Assembly (NCBI GenBank): GCA_965116255.1
Contig: OZ220670.1
Span: forward strand, 1,273,205-1,337,204
DNA from: Dehalococcoidia bacterium
Lineage (GTDB): Bacteria; Chloroflexota; Dehalococcoidia; Lucifugimonadales; Australimonadaceae
DNA length: 64,000 nt
Direction: 5' to 3'
Part shown: positions 1 through 9,571 of the stretch, piece by piece
Position numbering within the stretch: the stretch's first letter is position 1
Layout: each line of letters opens with the position of its first letter
Program-made: the position numbers and the translations under genes
The notes under the pieces: generated by a model
What the model saw: the letters and a program-made list of their open reading frames with translations, nothing else
Told to the model about the DNA's origin: nothing
Databases searched by the model: none

Positions 1-1211
1 ACTACCGCGGCCCGCTCCACGGCATCCCCTACGGCACCAAGGACATCTACTGGACGAAGGACGTACGCACCACATCGGGTTCGGCGGTGGACGCCGATTT
101 CGTACCCGACCGCGATGCGCGCGCCGTGGAACTGATGAACGAGGCAGGCGCGATTTCGCTCGGCAAGACGCACACCACTGAGTACGCATTCGATCCGACG
201 GGCCGCAACGACACCTTCGGCCCGCCGCACAACCCGTGGAAGCACGGCCACTACACCGGAGGCTCCAGCAGCGGCTCGGCGGCGGCCATCGCCGCGGGCT
301 CCGTCCCCTTCGCGCTCGGCTCCGACACCGGCGGCTCCATCCGCATCCCCTGCTCGTGGAGCGGCATCACGGGCATCAAACCCACCTTCGGGCTGGTGAG
401 CCGCGCGCGCGTCACTCCCCTGTCGTGGACACTCGACACGGCGGGGCCCATGGCCCGCAACGCCCGCGACGTCGCGCTCGTCCTCAACGCGCTCGCCGGC
501 TACGACCCGGACGACCCGGGCTCCATGCGCCACGAGCGCGAGGACTACACGCAGGGCATCGACGACGGCGTCGCCAGGCTGCGCATCGGCGTGCCGCGCG
601 CGTTCCTCGCCGAGCACGCCATCGACCCAGAGGTGCGCGCAGCGTTCGATGCGGCGCTCACCGTCTTCGAGCGCCTGGATGCATCGCTGGAGGATGTGGA
701 CATCCCCGAGCTGCACTACGGCGAACTGGGCTCGTTCATCATCACGGCGGAGGCGGCGGAGTTGCACCGCGAGCGCATCCGCGCGCACGCCGACAGGTAC
801 GACCAGCGCACGCGACGGCGCATCGAGAGCGGCTACTTCATCTCGGGGCGCGACTACATGTACGCGCAGCGCGTCCGGACGATCCTGGGCCGCGCGCTCA
901 CGACAGCCTTCCGGCACATGGACCTGCTCGTCATGCCGACGACGATCGCTCCGGCGGCGGCGCACGGCGTGCTGGAGCGCGACATCGGAGGCCGCAGGCT
1001 GCTGACGCGCGAGTCGGCGCTGATGTTCACGCGCATCTTCAATCAGAATGGCCTACCCGCAACGTCGACGCCGTGCGGCTTCTCGGCAGACGGCCTGCCG
1101 CTGGGCCTCATGCTCGTCGGCCGCGCCTTCGCCGATGGGCTCGTCCTTCGCGCGACCTCCACCTACGAACGCGAGACCGACTGGGGTGGAAGGATAGCGG
1201 AGGTGGGTTAG
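1..1211 (+). CDS. Amidase (amidase-signature family), 5' end cut by window edge
   Basis: The reading frame is open upstream of the listed start at 87, back to base 3 ([27 protein letters not shown]). It carries [14 protein letters not shown] and [11 protein letters not shown] amidase-signature motifs. Confidence 0.9.
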   Translation, partial: YRGPLHGIPYGTKDIYWTKDVRTTSGSAVDADFVPDRDARAVELMNEAGAISLGKTHTTEYAFDPTGRNDTFGPPHNPWKHGHYTGGSSSGSAAAIAAGSVPFALGSDTGGSIRIPCSWSGITGIKPTFGLVSRARVTPLSWTLDTAGPMARNARDVALVLNALAGYDPDDPGSMRHEREDYTQGIDDGVARLRIGVPRAFLAEHAIDPEVRAAFDAALTVFERLDASLEDVDIPELHYGELGSFIITAEAAELHRERIRAHADRYDQRTRRRIESGYFISGRDYMYAQRVRTILGRALTTAFRHMDLLVMPTTIAPAAAHGVLERDIGGRRLLTRESALMFTRIFNQNGLPATSTPCGFSADGLPLGLMLVGRAFADGLVLRATSTYERETDWGGRIAEVG

Positions 1212-1222
1212 GCGAAGGCAGC

Positions 1223-1588
1223 CTAGCCCTTGTGCAGGCCCAGGACGTTGCCGGCAGGGTCGCGGAAGACGGCGATGCTGCCCGCGTCCCCGGCCAGCGT
1301 GAAGGGTTGCAGCAGCGCCTCCGCGCCCAGACTTACCGCCTCGTCCAGCGACGCTTGCAGGTCGTTGACGCGCACGTAGACCATCAGGTAGTTGGGCGGC
1401 ATGTTCTCGCCCGTCTGCATGATGCCGCCGGGGATTCCGCCCTCGGCCGACGAGACGAAGTAGTAGTCGTTGGCGCCAACGGGAGAGGCCACGCCCTCGA
1501 TACTCCAGCCGAACAGGCCGGCATAGAAGTCTCGCAACACGGCCGCGTCAGGACCGCCCATCTCGAAATAGGCAACGGGGTCTGGCAT
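1223..1588 (-). CDS. VOC (glyoxalase/bleomycin-resistance fold) family protein
   Basis: 121 aa. N-terminus VAYFEMGGPDAAVLRDFYAGLFGW and C-terminus FRDPAGNVLGL are typical of single-domain VOC proteins. Confidence 0.75.
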   Translation of the reverse strand: MPDPVAYFEMGGPDAAVLRDFYAGLFGWSIEGVASPVGANDYYFVSSAEGGIPGGIMQTGENMPPNYLMVYVRVNDLQASLDEAVSLGAEALLQPFTLAGDAGSIAVFRDPAGNVLGLHKG

Positions 1589-1656
1589 GGAACTCTCCTC
1601 GAGGCGTTTGGATTGTCAGGAGCCATGTTAGCGCATGGCAGCACCGAGAGAGACGA

Positions 1657-2877
1657 TCACGGAGACGTCGCTGCTGTCACCCTCAAAATCTTGTCGTTGC
1701 CGCGATTGGACGTTGTGATGTAGAGCGCGCCGTCTGGCCCCACTACAGGCGAGCGGAGTCGCCCGTAGGTCCCATTCAGCTCGGCAACGGAGATGTGGCT
1801 CAGCAGATTGCCTTCGCTATCGAACTCGAAGAGATGTAGCTCCATGTCCCTCAGCGCTGCCACGGCGAAGCGTCCTTCCCAAGCGGCCCACTGCGTGCCC
1901 TCAAGGAAGACGCCTCCGCTAACCGCCAGCGTCGTCCTGCCTGACGACCACCGCGCTTCTACCGCACTCGGGAACTTGACGAGGTCGGTCATCGGTACGC
2001 GCTCGTTATACCCAGGCACCGGATCCCAACCGTAGTTGCCGCCGGCGGTCAGCAGATTGATCTCGTCGTCGGCATTCGGTCCGTGCTCCACCGACCACAT
2101 CTGGCTTGTGCCGGGCCGGAGAGCTAGGCCCTGCAGGTTTCGGTGCCCATAGGTATAGACCAGCGGTGCCGAAGGGAATGGGTTGTCGGAAGCGCCCGCG
2201 CCCGTCGACGCGTCCACGCGAAGCACCTTGCCGCCCAACGAGTTCAGGTCCTGCGGTGCCGTTCCTGTCGCCGCGTCTCCCGTGGCGATCCAAAGGTACT
2301 CGTCCGGTCCGAAGCGAAGCCGGCAGCCGCTGTGCCTGCCCCCGCCCGGCATGCCCCCCACAAGCGGGTCGTTGACACGAACTCCCTCTGTGTAGTCGTC
2401 ATTGACCGTCCATGCGATAACCTGTACCTCCCGAGGGTCACGGTGGGTTTGGCAGGTGTAGAACCGCCTGTTGGAGTTGAATCCTGGGTCGACAAGAATG
2501 GACATTAGCCCGCCTTCCCCCGAAGCGCGGAAGTCGCTCATGTCCGCCGTAATCCGCTGCACCCTCCCCCCAGTGAGCCGGGCAAACAGGTTGCCGGAGC
2601 GTTCCGTGAAAAGCATGGTCCCGTCCGGCGTAAGGGCGAGATCCCAAGGCACGTTGAGGCCCGTGATGTACTCCTCCACGGAAATGACCGGCACACTGCC
2701 AGCGGAAACTCTAGTCGGCACTGTGGTAGGAGCTGCAGGGGGCTCCATTGGAGCATCTGAGGGAGCGTTGCACGCTACTAGCGCGGAGACCAAAGCTAGC
2801 GCAGTCACGTACCGCACGATGACGCGCATGCGTGCGAGTGCGTTGCGTTGGACGGTCGAACGCTTCATATCGCACAC
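1657..2877 (-). CDS. PQQ-dependent sugar dehydrogenase (soluble glucose/sorbosone dehydrogenase family), probable lipoprotein
   Basis: GHRNLQGLA...WSVEHGPNADDEINLLTAGGNYGWDP beta-propeller motifs. N-terminal signal with lipobox LVAC. The true start may be the internal Met at 2829. Confidence 0.85.
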   Translation of the reverse strand: MCDMKRSTVQRNALARMRVIVRYVTALALVSALVACNAPSDAPMEPPAAPTTVPTRVSAGSVPVISVEEYITGLNVPWDLALTPDGTMLFTERSGNLFARLTGGRVQRITADMSDFRASGEGGLMSILVDPGFNSNRRFYTCQTHRDPREVQVIAWTVNDDYTEGVRVNDPLVGGMPGGGRHSGCRLRFGPDEYLWIATGDAATGTAPQDLNSLGGKVLRVDASTGAGASDNPFPSAPLVYTYGHRNLQGLALRPGTSQMWSVEHGPNADDEINLLTAGGNYGWDPVPGYNERVPMTDLVKFPSAVEARWSSGRTTLAVSGGVFLEGTQWAAWEGRFAVAALRDMELHLFEFDSEGNLLSHISVAELNGTYGRLRSPVVGPDGALYITTSNRGNDKILRVTAATSP

Positions 2878-2919
2878 CTATCCCTCAGGTGGCAGCCTCG
2901 CCAAGCTGCCGCACCGTCC

Positions 2920-3286
2920 TTACCTCTCGCATACCACGCCATCCCCGTCCCCATCACGGGCGCTGCGCCTGGGCGTGGCTCACCTGCGCCCTCCGCGTCG
3001 GCACACGAGGCGTACGTGCCCTCGCCGGGCGGCATCGATGTAGCCGGCAGAGAGGGAGTCGGTGTATACGTGGGCGTAGGCGCAGCGGTTGGTGCTGGTG
3101 TTGGGTCCGGCGTGTGCGTGGGTGTAGGCGAGCGCGTCGGGATGGGCGTTGCGTTGGCGGCGCGTTGGGGACCGTCGGCGTTGGCGTTGCGCCGCTTCCA
3201 CTGCACGCGGTTAGCCACAGCATGCACAGCAGCGTTGCAATTGCGCTAACGCAGGTAAGCCGTGACACGTCAGGTGAGCCGCGCAC
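2920..3286 (-). pseudogene. Excalibur-domain lipoprotein split over three reading frames
   Basis: Frame A (start 3286) encodes a signal peptide plus lipobox LTACSG and the start of a PT linker. Frame B (ORF 2865..3227) continues the PT-rich linker and YASCADAEGAG. Frame C ends RDGDGDGVVCER-stop at 2920-2922, which is the Excalibur Ca-binding C-terminal signature. No single frame gives a complete protein. Confidence 0.6.
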
Positions 3287-3340
3287 GCCGCAAGAGCAAT
3301 AGCCTGACCACTAGTATGATGCCGAGCACGAACAGGATGG

Positions 3341-4999
3341 TCAGCACCGTCGCCGCCGCCTGCGAGCCGGGCGGCAGCCGCGGAAGCGCAGCCCCGTCAC
3401 CAGCGTCGGATCGTCAAAGGCCAGATAACGCGTCAACGTCGTCTCACGCACGGCGAAAATGAAAAAGATGGCCCACGAAATCGATACCACCGGCGCAATT
3501 AGCGGCATCGTGATGCGCCACAGTGTCGTCAGCGGGGACGCCCCGCTCGTGGCCGACACCTCCTCCATGTCGCGCCCCACCTGCCGCATGCCCGCGTTGG
3601 TGATGCGATAGGGGATAGCCATGCGGTAGGCCAGCGCATAGGTCACGCCGAACAGTGTCCCGTACAGCGGCAGCCCCCGCAGCGTCAGGAATACCAGCAG
3701 GAACGCCACTCCTGCCATCGCCGCCGGAATGACGAGCGACGAGGTGGCAACGACATCGAGGCCGGCCTTCCACTTGCCGATGCGCCCGCGTACCACCGTC
3801 CAGCCCACCAGCACAACGACTGCAGTCCCGAGCGTCGCGCTCCCTATCGACATGATCGCGCTGTTGCGCAGTGCCTCCAGGAACGTCGCATTGGTCAGCA
3901 GCCCCGTGTAACCAGATGTGCCGGCAACGATGCTGCCGCGCACCAGCCGGTAGCCCGGCAACCCCCACATCAGTGCAAGGTATGCAACGACGAACAGGAT
4001 GGCCGGCAGCGCCCACGTTCCCAATTCGAATCGCGGGCCGCGCATCGTATTGCCTGTCACCGTCGCGTAGCGGTCGGAGCGGCGCGTGCCGTACGCGTAC
4101 AGGGCAAAGAGCAACAGCAGCCCCACGATCACGACGACGGAGTACGCCGCCGCCAGTCCGTATCCGGGGAAGCTCTGGTCGAGCGGGTTCAGTGCCGCCC
4201 ATATGCGGAAGTTCAGCAGCGACGCCTCCGCCTGCCCGCCAAGCGCGAAGGGCACGAAGGTCGAGTCGAGGGTGAGCCAGACGCCCAAGACGAGCGCGGT
4301 AAACAGTCCCGGCAGCAACAGCGGGAGCGTGACGTGGCCCACCGTGGAGATGAAGCCTGCGCCCGACGTGCGGCTCGCCTCCTCCATCGCGCCGTTCGCG
4401 TTCCGCAACGTCGCCGTGAGCACCAGGAAGACGATCGGAACGAGCAGAAAGCCCTGAAACAGGACCATCGTCTGCATGTTGAAGGGGTCGAGCGGGCCGG
4501 TGTCCGTCCCCAGGTTGAGCGTGTCGCGCAGCCACACGTTCGCCTCGCCTGTCCGAGGCCGCAGATACTCCACCCAGCTGCCGACGATCGTTCCCTGTGG
4601 AATGAGAAACGGGATGATGATCAACGCAAAGATAGCGCTCGGAAGGGGGATGTCGGTGCGTTCCACCAGCCAGGCAAGCGCAAAGCCAACGACGACCGCC
4701 AGCCCTACCGCGCCACCAACGTAGAAGAAGGTGTCGCGCAGCGTCTTCAGCAGCACCGGCCGGCCGAATACGTCACGGAAGTTGTCCGCGGTGAAGTAGG
4801 CCACGTCCTCGAACGGCAGCGTGCCGTAGCCCCCTCGCACCGACGAGAAGACGAGCATCAGGAAGGGCACGCCGACGAGCAGCAGCACGCCGAAGACCGC
4901 CCCTGCGGCTATCGTCCGGTCGCCCGTTAGCCGTGAACCGGCGCTGAGCGCAAGGCGCGGAAGGTGGGTCGTCACCAGACGGCGATCTAGCGTTGCCAT
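3341..4999 (-). CDS. ABC transporter permease, fused double-permease type (FbpB/ThiP-like, about 12 TM)
   Basis: 552 aa, hydrophobic throughout, with two permease-like halves. This is the typical size and architecture of iron(III)/thiamine-type fused permeases. Confidence 0.8.
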   Translation of the reverse strand: MATLDRRLVTTHLPRLALSAGSRLTGDRTIAAGAVFGVLLLVGVPFLMLVFSSVRGGYGTLPFEDVAYFTADNFRDVFGRPVLLKTLRDTFFYVGGAVGLAVVVGFALAWLVERTDIPLPSAIFALIIIPFLIPQGTIVGSWVEYLRPRTGEANVWLRDTLNLGTDTGPLDPFNMQTMVLFQGFLLVPIVFLVLTATLRNANGAMEEASRTSGAGFISTVGHVTLPLLLPGLFTALVLGVWLTLDSTFVPFALGGQAEASLLNFRIWAALNPLDQSFPGYGLAAAYSVVVIVGLLLLFALYAYGTRRSDRYATVTGNTMRGPRFELGTWALPAILFVVAYLALMWGLPGYRLVRGSIVAGTSGYTGLLTNATFLEALRNSAIMSIGSATLGTAVVVLVGWTVVRGRIGKWKAGLDVVATSSLVIPAAMAGVAFLLVFLTLRGLPLYGTLFGVTYALAYRMAIPYRITNAGMRQVGRDMEEVSATSGASPLTTLWRITMPLIAPVVSISWAIFFIFAVRETTLTRYLAFDDPTLVTGLRFRGCRPARRRRRRC

Positions 5000-5025
5000 A
5001 GCGAAGCGCGACTACTATCGCACAA

Positions 5026-5057
5026 GCAGAGAAGTGGCTATTCGCCCTCTTCTCTGC
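5026..5057. promoter_or_regulatory. 9-bp perfect inverted repeat in the divergent ABC intergenic region
   Basis: GCAGAGAAG (5026-5034) and CTTCTCTGC (5049-5057) separated by 14 nt, lying between the permease start (4999) and the ATPase start (5205). Confidence 0.4.
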
Positions 5058-5204
5058 AAACGGGCATCGCCCCTTGGTGGGCCGCGATGCCCCGCGCGCG
5101 GCTTGACGCGCGCGCCCCATGTGTTGTATCAATGCGCCGCCTCAGTAAGGGTGCAAACGGTGCCTGCGCGAGGCTTTCTGAGGCCATCCGCGGGGAGGTA
5201 TGGC

Positions 5205-6293
5205 ATGCTGAACGTCAATGGACTCGTCAAGATCTACAAGACCGACTACGGCGATGTCCAGGCTATCAAGGGCGTCTCCTTTGAAGTTGCTGACGGCGAG
5301 GTGGTCACGCTGCTCGGTCCGAGCGGCTGCGGCAAGACGACCCTGCTGCGCTGCGTTGCGGGCCTTGAGCGGCCCGACGGTGGCGAAATCACCATCAGCG
5401 ATCAGACCGTCTTCGACAGCAGCACCAACACCGCCACACACAACCGCCCTATCGCCATGGTCTTCCAGTCCTACGCTATTTGGCCCCACATGTCCGTCTT
5501 CGACAACGTCGCCTATCCACTGAAGGTGGGCAAGGCGCGCTTCAGCAGGGAGGAGCGCCGTGAGCGCGTCCACGCCGCGCTTGAACTCGTGCGCATCCCT
5601 GACCTTGCCGATCGCAGCGCCACCATGCTCTCCGGCGGCCAGCAGCAGCGCGTCGCGGTAGCCCGCGCTCTCGTGCGCGAGCCCCAATTGCTACTCCTCG
5701 ACGAACCGCTCTCCAACCTGGACGCCAAGCTCCGGGAGGACATGCGCCTCGAGTTCAAGGAGCTCTTCCAGCGGCAGCACCTTTCTGCGTTGTACGTCAC
5801 CCACGACCTGTTGGAGGCGCTCGTCCTGTCCGACCGCATCGTCGTGATGAACACGGGCGTCATCGCTCAGGTCGGCTCCCCGCGCGATGTCTACCAATCG
5901 CCGCGTGACCAGCACGTGGCTGACTTCATGGGCGCCGGCAACGTCCTCGACGGCAAGGTGCAGTCGGTCGACAGCGACACGGTGACGGTGGACGTGGGCT
6001 TCGGGACGATCGTCGGCACTTCGCCGGGCCTCACCTTCACTGCGGGCCAGGACGTCATCGTCGCACTCCGCCCCGAGGGCATCCTCATGACGACTGAGAG
6101 CGCGGGCAGCACCGTCCCGGGTACCGTACAGACAGGCGCGTTCCTGGGCAGCGCGATGGAGTACCTGGTAGACGTAGCCGGCCACAGCCTCCGCGTCCGA
6201 ACTCCTCCGACGTCGCAGGAGTTCGACCCGGACCAGCAGGTCTACCTGACCATCTACAAGGAAAACGCCGTCGTCATCCCTGCCGAGTTCTAG
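5205..6293 (+). CDS. ABC transporter ATP-binding protein (PotA/FbpC-like with C-terminal TOBE-like domain)
   Basis: Walker A GPSGCGKTT, signature LSGGQQQRV, Walker B LLLLDEP. ATG at 5205 is preceded by GGGGAGG. The upstream part of the listed ORF (from 5034) is Arg/Pro-rich and non-protein-like. Confidence 0.92.
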   Translation: MLNVNGLVKIYKTDYGDVQAIKGVSFEVADGEVVTLLGPSGCGKTTLLRCVAGLERPDGGEITISDQTVFDSSTNTATHNRPIAMVFQSYAIWPHMSVFDNVAYPLKVGKARFSREERRERVHAALELVRIPDLADRSATMLSGGQQQRVAVARALVREPQLLLLDEPLSNLDAKLREDMRLEFKELFQRQHLSALYVTHDLLEALVLSDRIVVMNTGVIAQVGSPRDVYQSPRDQHVADFMGAGNVLDGKVQSVDSDTVTVDVGFGTIVGTSPGLTFTAGQDVIVALRPEGILMTTESAGSTVPGTVQTGAFLGSAMEYLVDVAGHSLRVRTPPTSQEFDPDQQVYLTIYKENAVVIPAEF

Positions 6294-6431
6294 GGGACCA
6301 AACCGCTGGCCAGCCCCTTTCAAGGGGAACCGGAAGAGACAGGCGCGCATCCCGGGCCAGCGAACGCCGGGCCATCGGGCGCACGGCGGAACTATAATGG
6401 TCCCAGGCTACCGTGGTAGGGGAGGACTGCG

Positions 6432-7034
6432 ATGCTTGATGCATACCCCGTTTCAGTGCGCGGCGAGTTGGACCCCCACACCAACCGCTTCATGTTTCTT
6501 GTGAAGTGGCTGCTGGTCATTCCCCATGTCCTCATCCTCTCTGTCCTCGGCGCCGTCGACTTCATCATCTACCTCATCGCCTACGTAGCTATCCTGTTCA
6601 CCGGGCGCTTCCCACGAGGACTGTTTGATTTCTCGCTGAACATCATGCGCTGGGAATGGCGTGTCATCTTCTACAGCTACGGCCTGCTGGGCACAGACCG
6701 CTACCCGCCCTTGAGCATGGCGGATGACGCCGAGCGCGACTACCCCGCAGGGCTCACGGTCGAGTATCCCGATCGGTTGAGCCGGCTGCACCTCCTCCTG
6801 AAGTGCCCGCTCATCATCTGGATCGTGCTGCTGCCCCACCTCATAGTCCTCGGGGCTCTCGGCATCGTATCCGTCTTCGTGCTGCTGGTGGTCGTCCTCG
6901 CCAAGCTGTTCACAGGCAGCTACCCGCAAGGGCTGTTCGACTTCCTCTTGGGCGTCAACCGCTGGGGCATTCGCGTCAACGCCTACAGGGGGCTGATGAC
7001 CGACCGCTACCCGCCCCTCAGGCTCTCGGAGTAG
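6432..7034 (+). CDS. DUF4389-type membrane protein (internal duplication)
   Basis: Two repeated halves: LFTGRFPRGLFDFSLNIMRWEWRV...TDRYPP and LFTGSYPQGLFDFLLGVNRWGIRV...TDRYPP. GGGGAGG lies 7 nt upstream of the ATG. Confidence 0.7.
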   Translation: MLDAYPVSVRGELDPHTNRFMFLVKWLLVIPHVLILSVLGAVDFIIYLIAYVAILFTGRFPRGLFDFSLNIMRWEWRVIFYSYGLLGTDRYPPLSMADDAERDYPAGLTVEYPDRLSRLHLLLKCPLIIWIVLLPHLIVLGALGIVSVFVLLVVVLAKLFTGSYPQGLFDFLLGVNRWGIRVNAYRGLMTDRYPPLRLSE

Positions 7035-7782
7035 CCTCACTCGCTCCAGCCTCTCGCTGGCTCGCGGCGTTGCGCCGTCGCATGTAGGCACGCGCCGCGA
7101 GCCATGCCAGTGCTGCGCCGGTGAGCGTCAACGCTCCGATGATGAGCGCCATGTCCTGGAAGAAGCCCGCCGGGTAGATGCGGACCAGATAGGATGTGCT
7201 CGCATTGAAGGTGAAGTTGCCCTGTGGAAAACCGAGCAGGTGGAAGAGGCGAAACACCGGTCCAAAGGCAACTACGGTGGCGAGGCCGATTACCAGGATG
7301 GCAGCTGCAGTGCCAAGCGCACCGCGCCGCAACCACGTGGCCACCTCTTCGCCGGCGCGCTCCCGACGTACGATGAGGGCCCCGGCCAGCAAGACGAGCA
7401 GGAACAGCGCCGACGCCCCCAGCACGCGGTAGGTGCGCAGCAGCAGTTGCTTTACGTCGGCCATGTGCGAGACCTCGGAGGCGTCGAAGAGTGCCACGTC
7501 CGTCGCGCCGTACAGCGTCGTCGTTACGGACAGCGGCTCGGCGTCGGAGGCGAAGTAGTCGATTACTTGGCGATTGACGTCGCGTACCGCATCGGCGGAG
7601 AGGCCCGTCGTCACCGTGACGCGATGGCGCTCGAACAGCTGATCGTGCAGCCGAGTATTGCCTGCCACCAGCCACACGCTGCAGGTGACGAGCAGCAGGC
7701 CGAACGCGACGGGCGCAACCACTCCAGCGATGCGCCAGCCGACGTCGCGCCTCTTGCCAGCATCTGCCTTCACGCGTTCCAC
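7018..7782 (-). CDS. Integral membrane protein, DUF1461/TIGR01906-like
   Basis: Motifs EVSHMADVKQL, FRLFHLLGFPQGNFTF and IYPAGFF. The listed ORF extends to 7953 but would overlap the mazG start. GTG at 7782 follows GGGGGT, so the start is uncertain. Confidence 0.6.
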   Translation of the reverse strand: MERVKADAGKRRDVGWRIAGVVAPVAFGLLLVTCSVWLVAGNTRLHDQLFERHRVTVTTGLSADAVRDVNRQVIDYFASDAEPLSVTTTLYGATDVALFDASEVSHMADVKQLLLRTYRVLGASALFLLVLLAGALIVRRERAGEEVATWLRRGALGTAAAILVIGLATVVAFGPVFRLFHLLGFPQGNFTFNASTSYLVRIYPAGFFQDMALIIGALTLTGAALAWLAARAYMRRRNAASQREAGASEATPRA

Positions 7783-7825
7783 TATAGCCAAACCCCCAAC
7801 TACGACACCACATCGGAGGCAGCCC

Positions 7826-8629
7826 GTGAGCGAGCCGCTCGACCTATCCCGTCCTGAATCATTCGACACGTTGCTGACCGTCATGCGACGCCTGCGTGAC
7901 CCCGTCGCCGGGTGTCCTTGGGACCTGCAGCAGACGCACCAATCGCTGCGCAATACGCTGTTGGAGGAGGTGTACGAGGCCGTCGAGGCGCTCGATTCGG
8001 ACGATACGGCGGCAATGGTGGAGGAGTTGGGCGACCTGATGTTTCAGCCCATCTTCCACGCGCAAATCGCGGCCGACGCGGGGCGCTTCACGATGAACGA
8101 CGTGGTGCGCCACCTGACGGAGAAGCTGGTGCGCCGCCATCCTCACGTCTTCGGCGATGCGCAAGCGTCCTCGGCGAAGGAGGCGCTCGGGCAGTGGGAG
8201 TCGCTCAAGGCGCGGGAGCGCGAGGCAAAGGGACAGGCCGACCGCAGCATGCTCGACGGCGTGCCCAAGTCGATGCCGGCGCTGGCCTACGCGCAAGCCG
8301 TCGCCGACCGCGCCATGCGTGCCGGTTTCGACTTCGAGAGCGACCGCGACGCGCTCGACAAGCTCGCGGAGGAGGTGGCGGAGGTGCGCGAGGCGCAGTC
8401 GCCGCAACGCCGGGAGGAGGAGCTGGGCGACGTGCTGTTCATGGTCACGGTCGCAGCCGCCCGCATGGGCGTTGACGCCGAGGCGGCCTTGCGCGGCGCC
8501 AACCGCCGCTTCTCCTCACGCTTCCGCCACATGGAATTGTCCCTGCGCGCCCAAGGCCAAACGCTGTCGTCGCTGGACGCCCAGGCCAAGCGCGCCCTCT
8601 GGCACCGTGCGAAGGAGTCTGAGGGGTAG
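7826..8629 (+). CDS. mazG: Nucleoside triphosphate pyrophosphohydrolase MazG
   Basis: LRDPVAGCPWDLQQTHQSLRNTLLEEVYEAVEA and a second EELGDVLF half. GTG at 7826 is preceded by GGAGG at 7815-7819. Confidence 0.88.
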   Translation: MSEPLDLSRPESFDTLLTVMRRLRDPVAGCPWDLQQTHQSLRNTLLEEVYEAVEALDSDDTAAMVEELGDLMFQPIFHAQIAADAGRFTMNDVVRHLTEKLVRRHPHVFGDAQASSAKEALGQWESLKAREREAKGQADRSMLDGVPKSMPALAYAQAVADRAMRAGFDFESDRDALDKLAEEVAEVREAQSPQRREEELGDVLFMVTVAAARMGVDAEAALRGANRRFSSRFRHMELSLRAQGQTLSSLDAQAKRALWHRAKESEG

Positions 8630-8638
8630 GCCGCTCTC

Positions 8639-9529
8639 TCAGCGGAGTAGGCGCTCGTACCACACGGAGCGCCATATCTCACGGAAACCAAGGCTGCGGT
8701 AGAGACGTACGCCGGGCTCGTTCTGCGCGTCCACCGTAATCTCAATGGGGCGCGCGCCGGCGTCCACCAGCAGGTCGAGGCCTGCGCCAGTCACCGCCTT
8801 GCCAAGGCCGCGTCCCTGCATCTGGGGCAGAACGCCGACCATCCCGACCAGCCCTGGCTCGCCCTCGCCACGGCGGCGGCACCAGCAGTACGCCGCAATG
8901 CGACCCTCCATCTCCAACACCACCACGTCGTCCGGGCGCTCCGCGATGAGGGTGTAAATCCGGTAATCGAGCTGCTCCGGCGTATTGGGGCTATATCCCC
9001 ACGAGCCGTTGAACACCGCGTTCTGGAGCGCCGTCAACTCCATTATCTCATCGCGGCGCAATGGGCGGGCAACGGCACCCTCAGGCAGCACGATATCGCT
9101 GCGCTGCTGCACGTCGACGGCCATGTGGGCATGCGTGCGCACGTGCTCGTATCCCAGCAGGCGGAACAGCGCTATCACGTCGCTCGCACTCTCAGGGACG
9201 TCGACGTGCAGCACACTCAGCCCCAGCGCGCCCGCATGCGACGCCGCAGCGTCCACCAGCCGCGTTCCAATGCGGGCGCGACGCCGATCGGGCGCGACGC
9301 CGCCGACCAGCACTCCTCGCGCAATCGGCGCCTCCACCACTAGCGCTAGGTAGCCGACATGCCGCTCGCCGTCTACGGCGCAGAACGAATCGCGCTCGGG
9401 ATGGGTATCGGGCTGCAGGTACTCGCGCCGCAGCGCATCAGCACCAGCGTCCGTCACGCCCAGCTCGCGCAGCAGCGCGACGCGTGCGTCGAGGTCGTCC
9501 CATGTGAAGGGCCGGATGGTAACGGTCAT
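8639..9529 (-). CDS. GNAT N-acetyltransferase with two tandem GNAT domains (MshD-like architecture)
   Basis: 296 aa. The C-terminal half has VGVLPQMQGRGLGKAV...VDAQNEPGVRLYRSLGF. The N-terminal half is a degenerate GNAT fold. Confidence 0.75.
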   Translation of the reverse strand: MTVTIRPFTWDDLDARVALLRELGVTDAGADALRREYLQPDTHPERDSFCAVDGERHVGYLALVVEAPIARGVLVGGVAPDRRRARIGTRLVDAAASHAGALGLSVLHVDVPESASDVIALFRLLGYEHVRTHAHMAVDVQQRSDIVLPEGAVARPLRRDEIMELTALQNAVFNGSWGYSPNTPEQLDYRIYTLIAERPDDVVVLEMEGRIAAYCWCRRRGEGEPGLVGMVGVLPQMQGRGLGKAVTGAGLDLLVDAGARPIEITVDAQNEPGVRLYRSLGFREIWRSVWYERLLR

Positions 9530-9571
9530 GGCGCAACAGGCGAGATGCGGTTGTCTCGTATGATATAGCCC

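Noticed and set aside
236-1723. 495-aa ORF overlapping the amidase and VOC genes in another frame
   Set aside because: Extremely Arg/His/Ala/Pro-rich with no protein-like pattern. It overlaps a well-supported amidase CDS and is a typical high-GC alternative-frame artefact.
3444-4535. 363-aa same-strand alternative-frame ORF inside the ABC permease gene
   Set aside because: Arg/Gly/Ala-rich low-complexity translation. The permease frame has clear TM periodicity and family resemblance.
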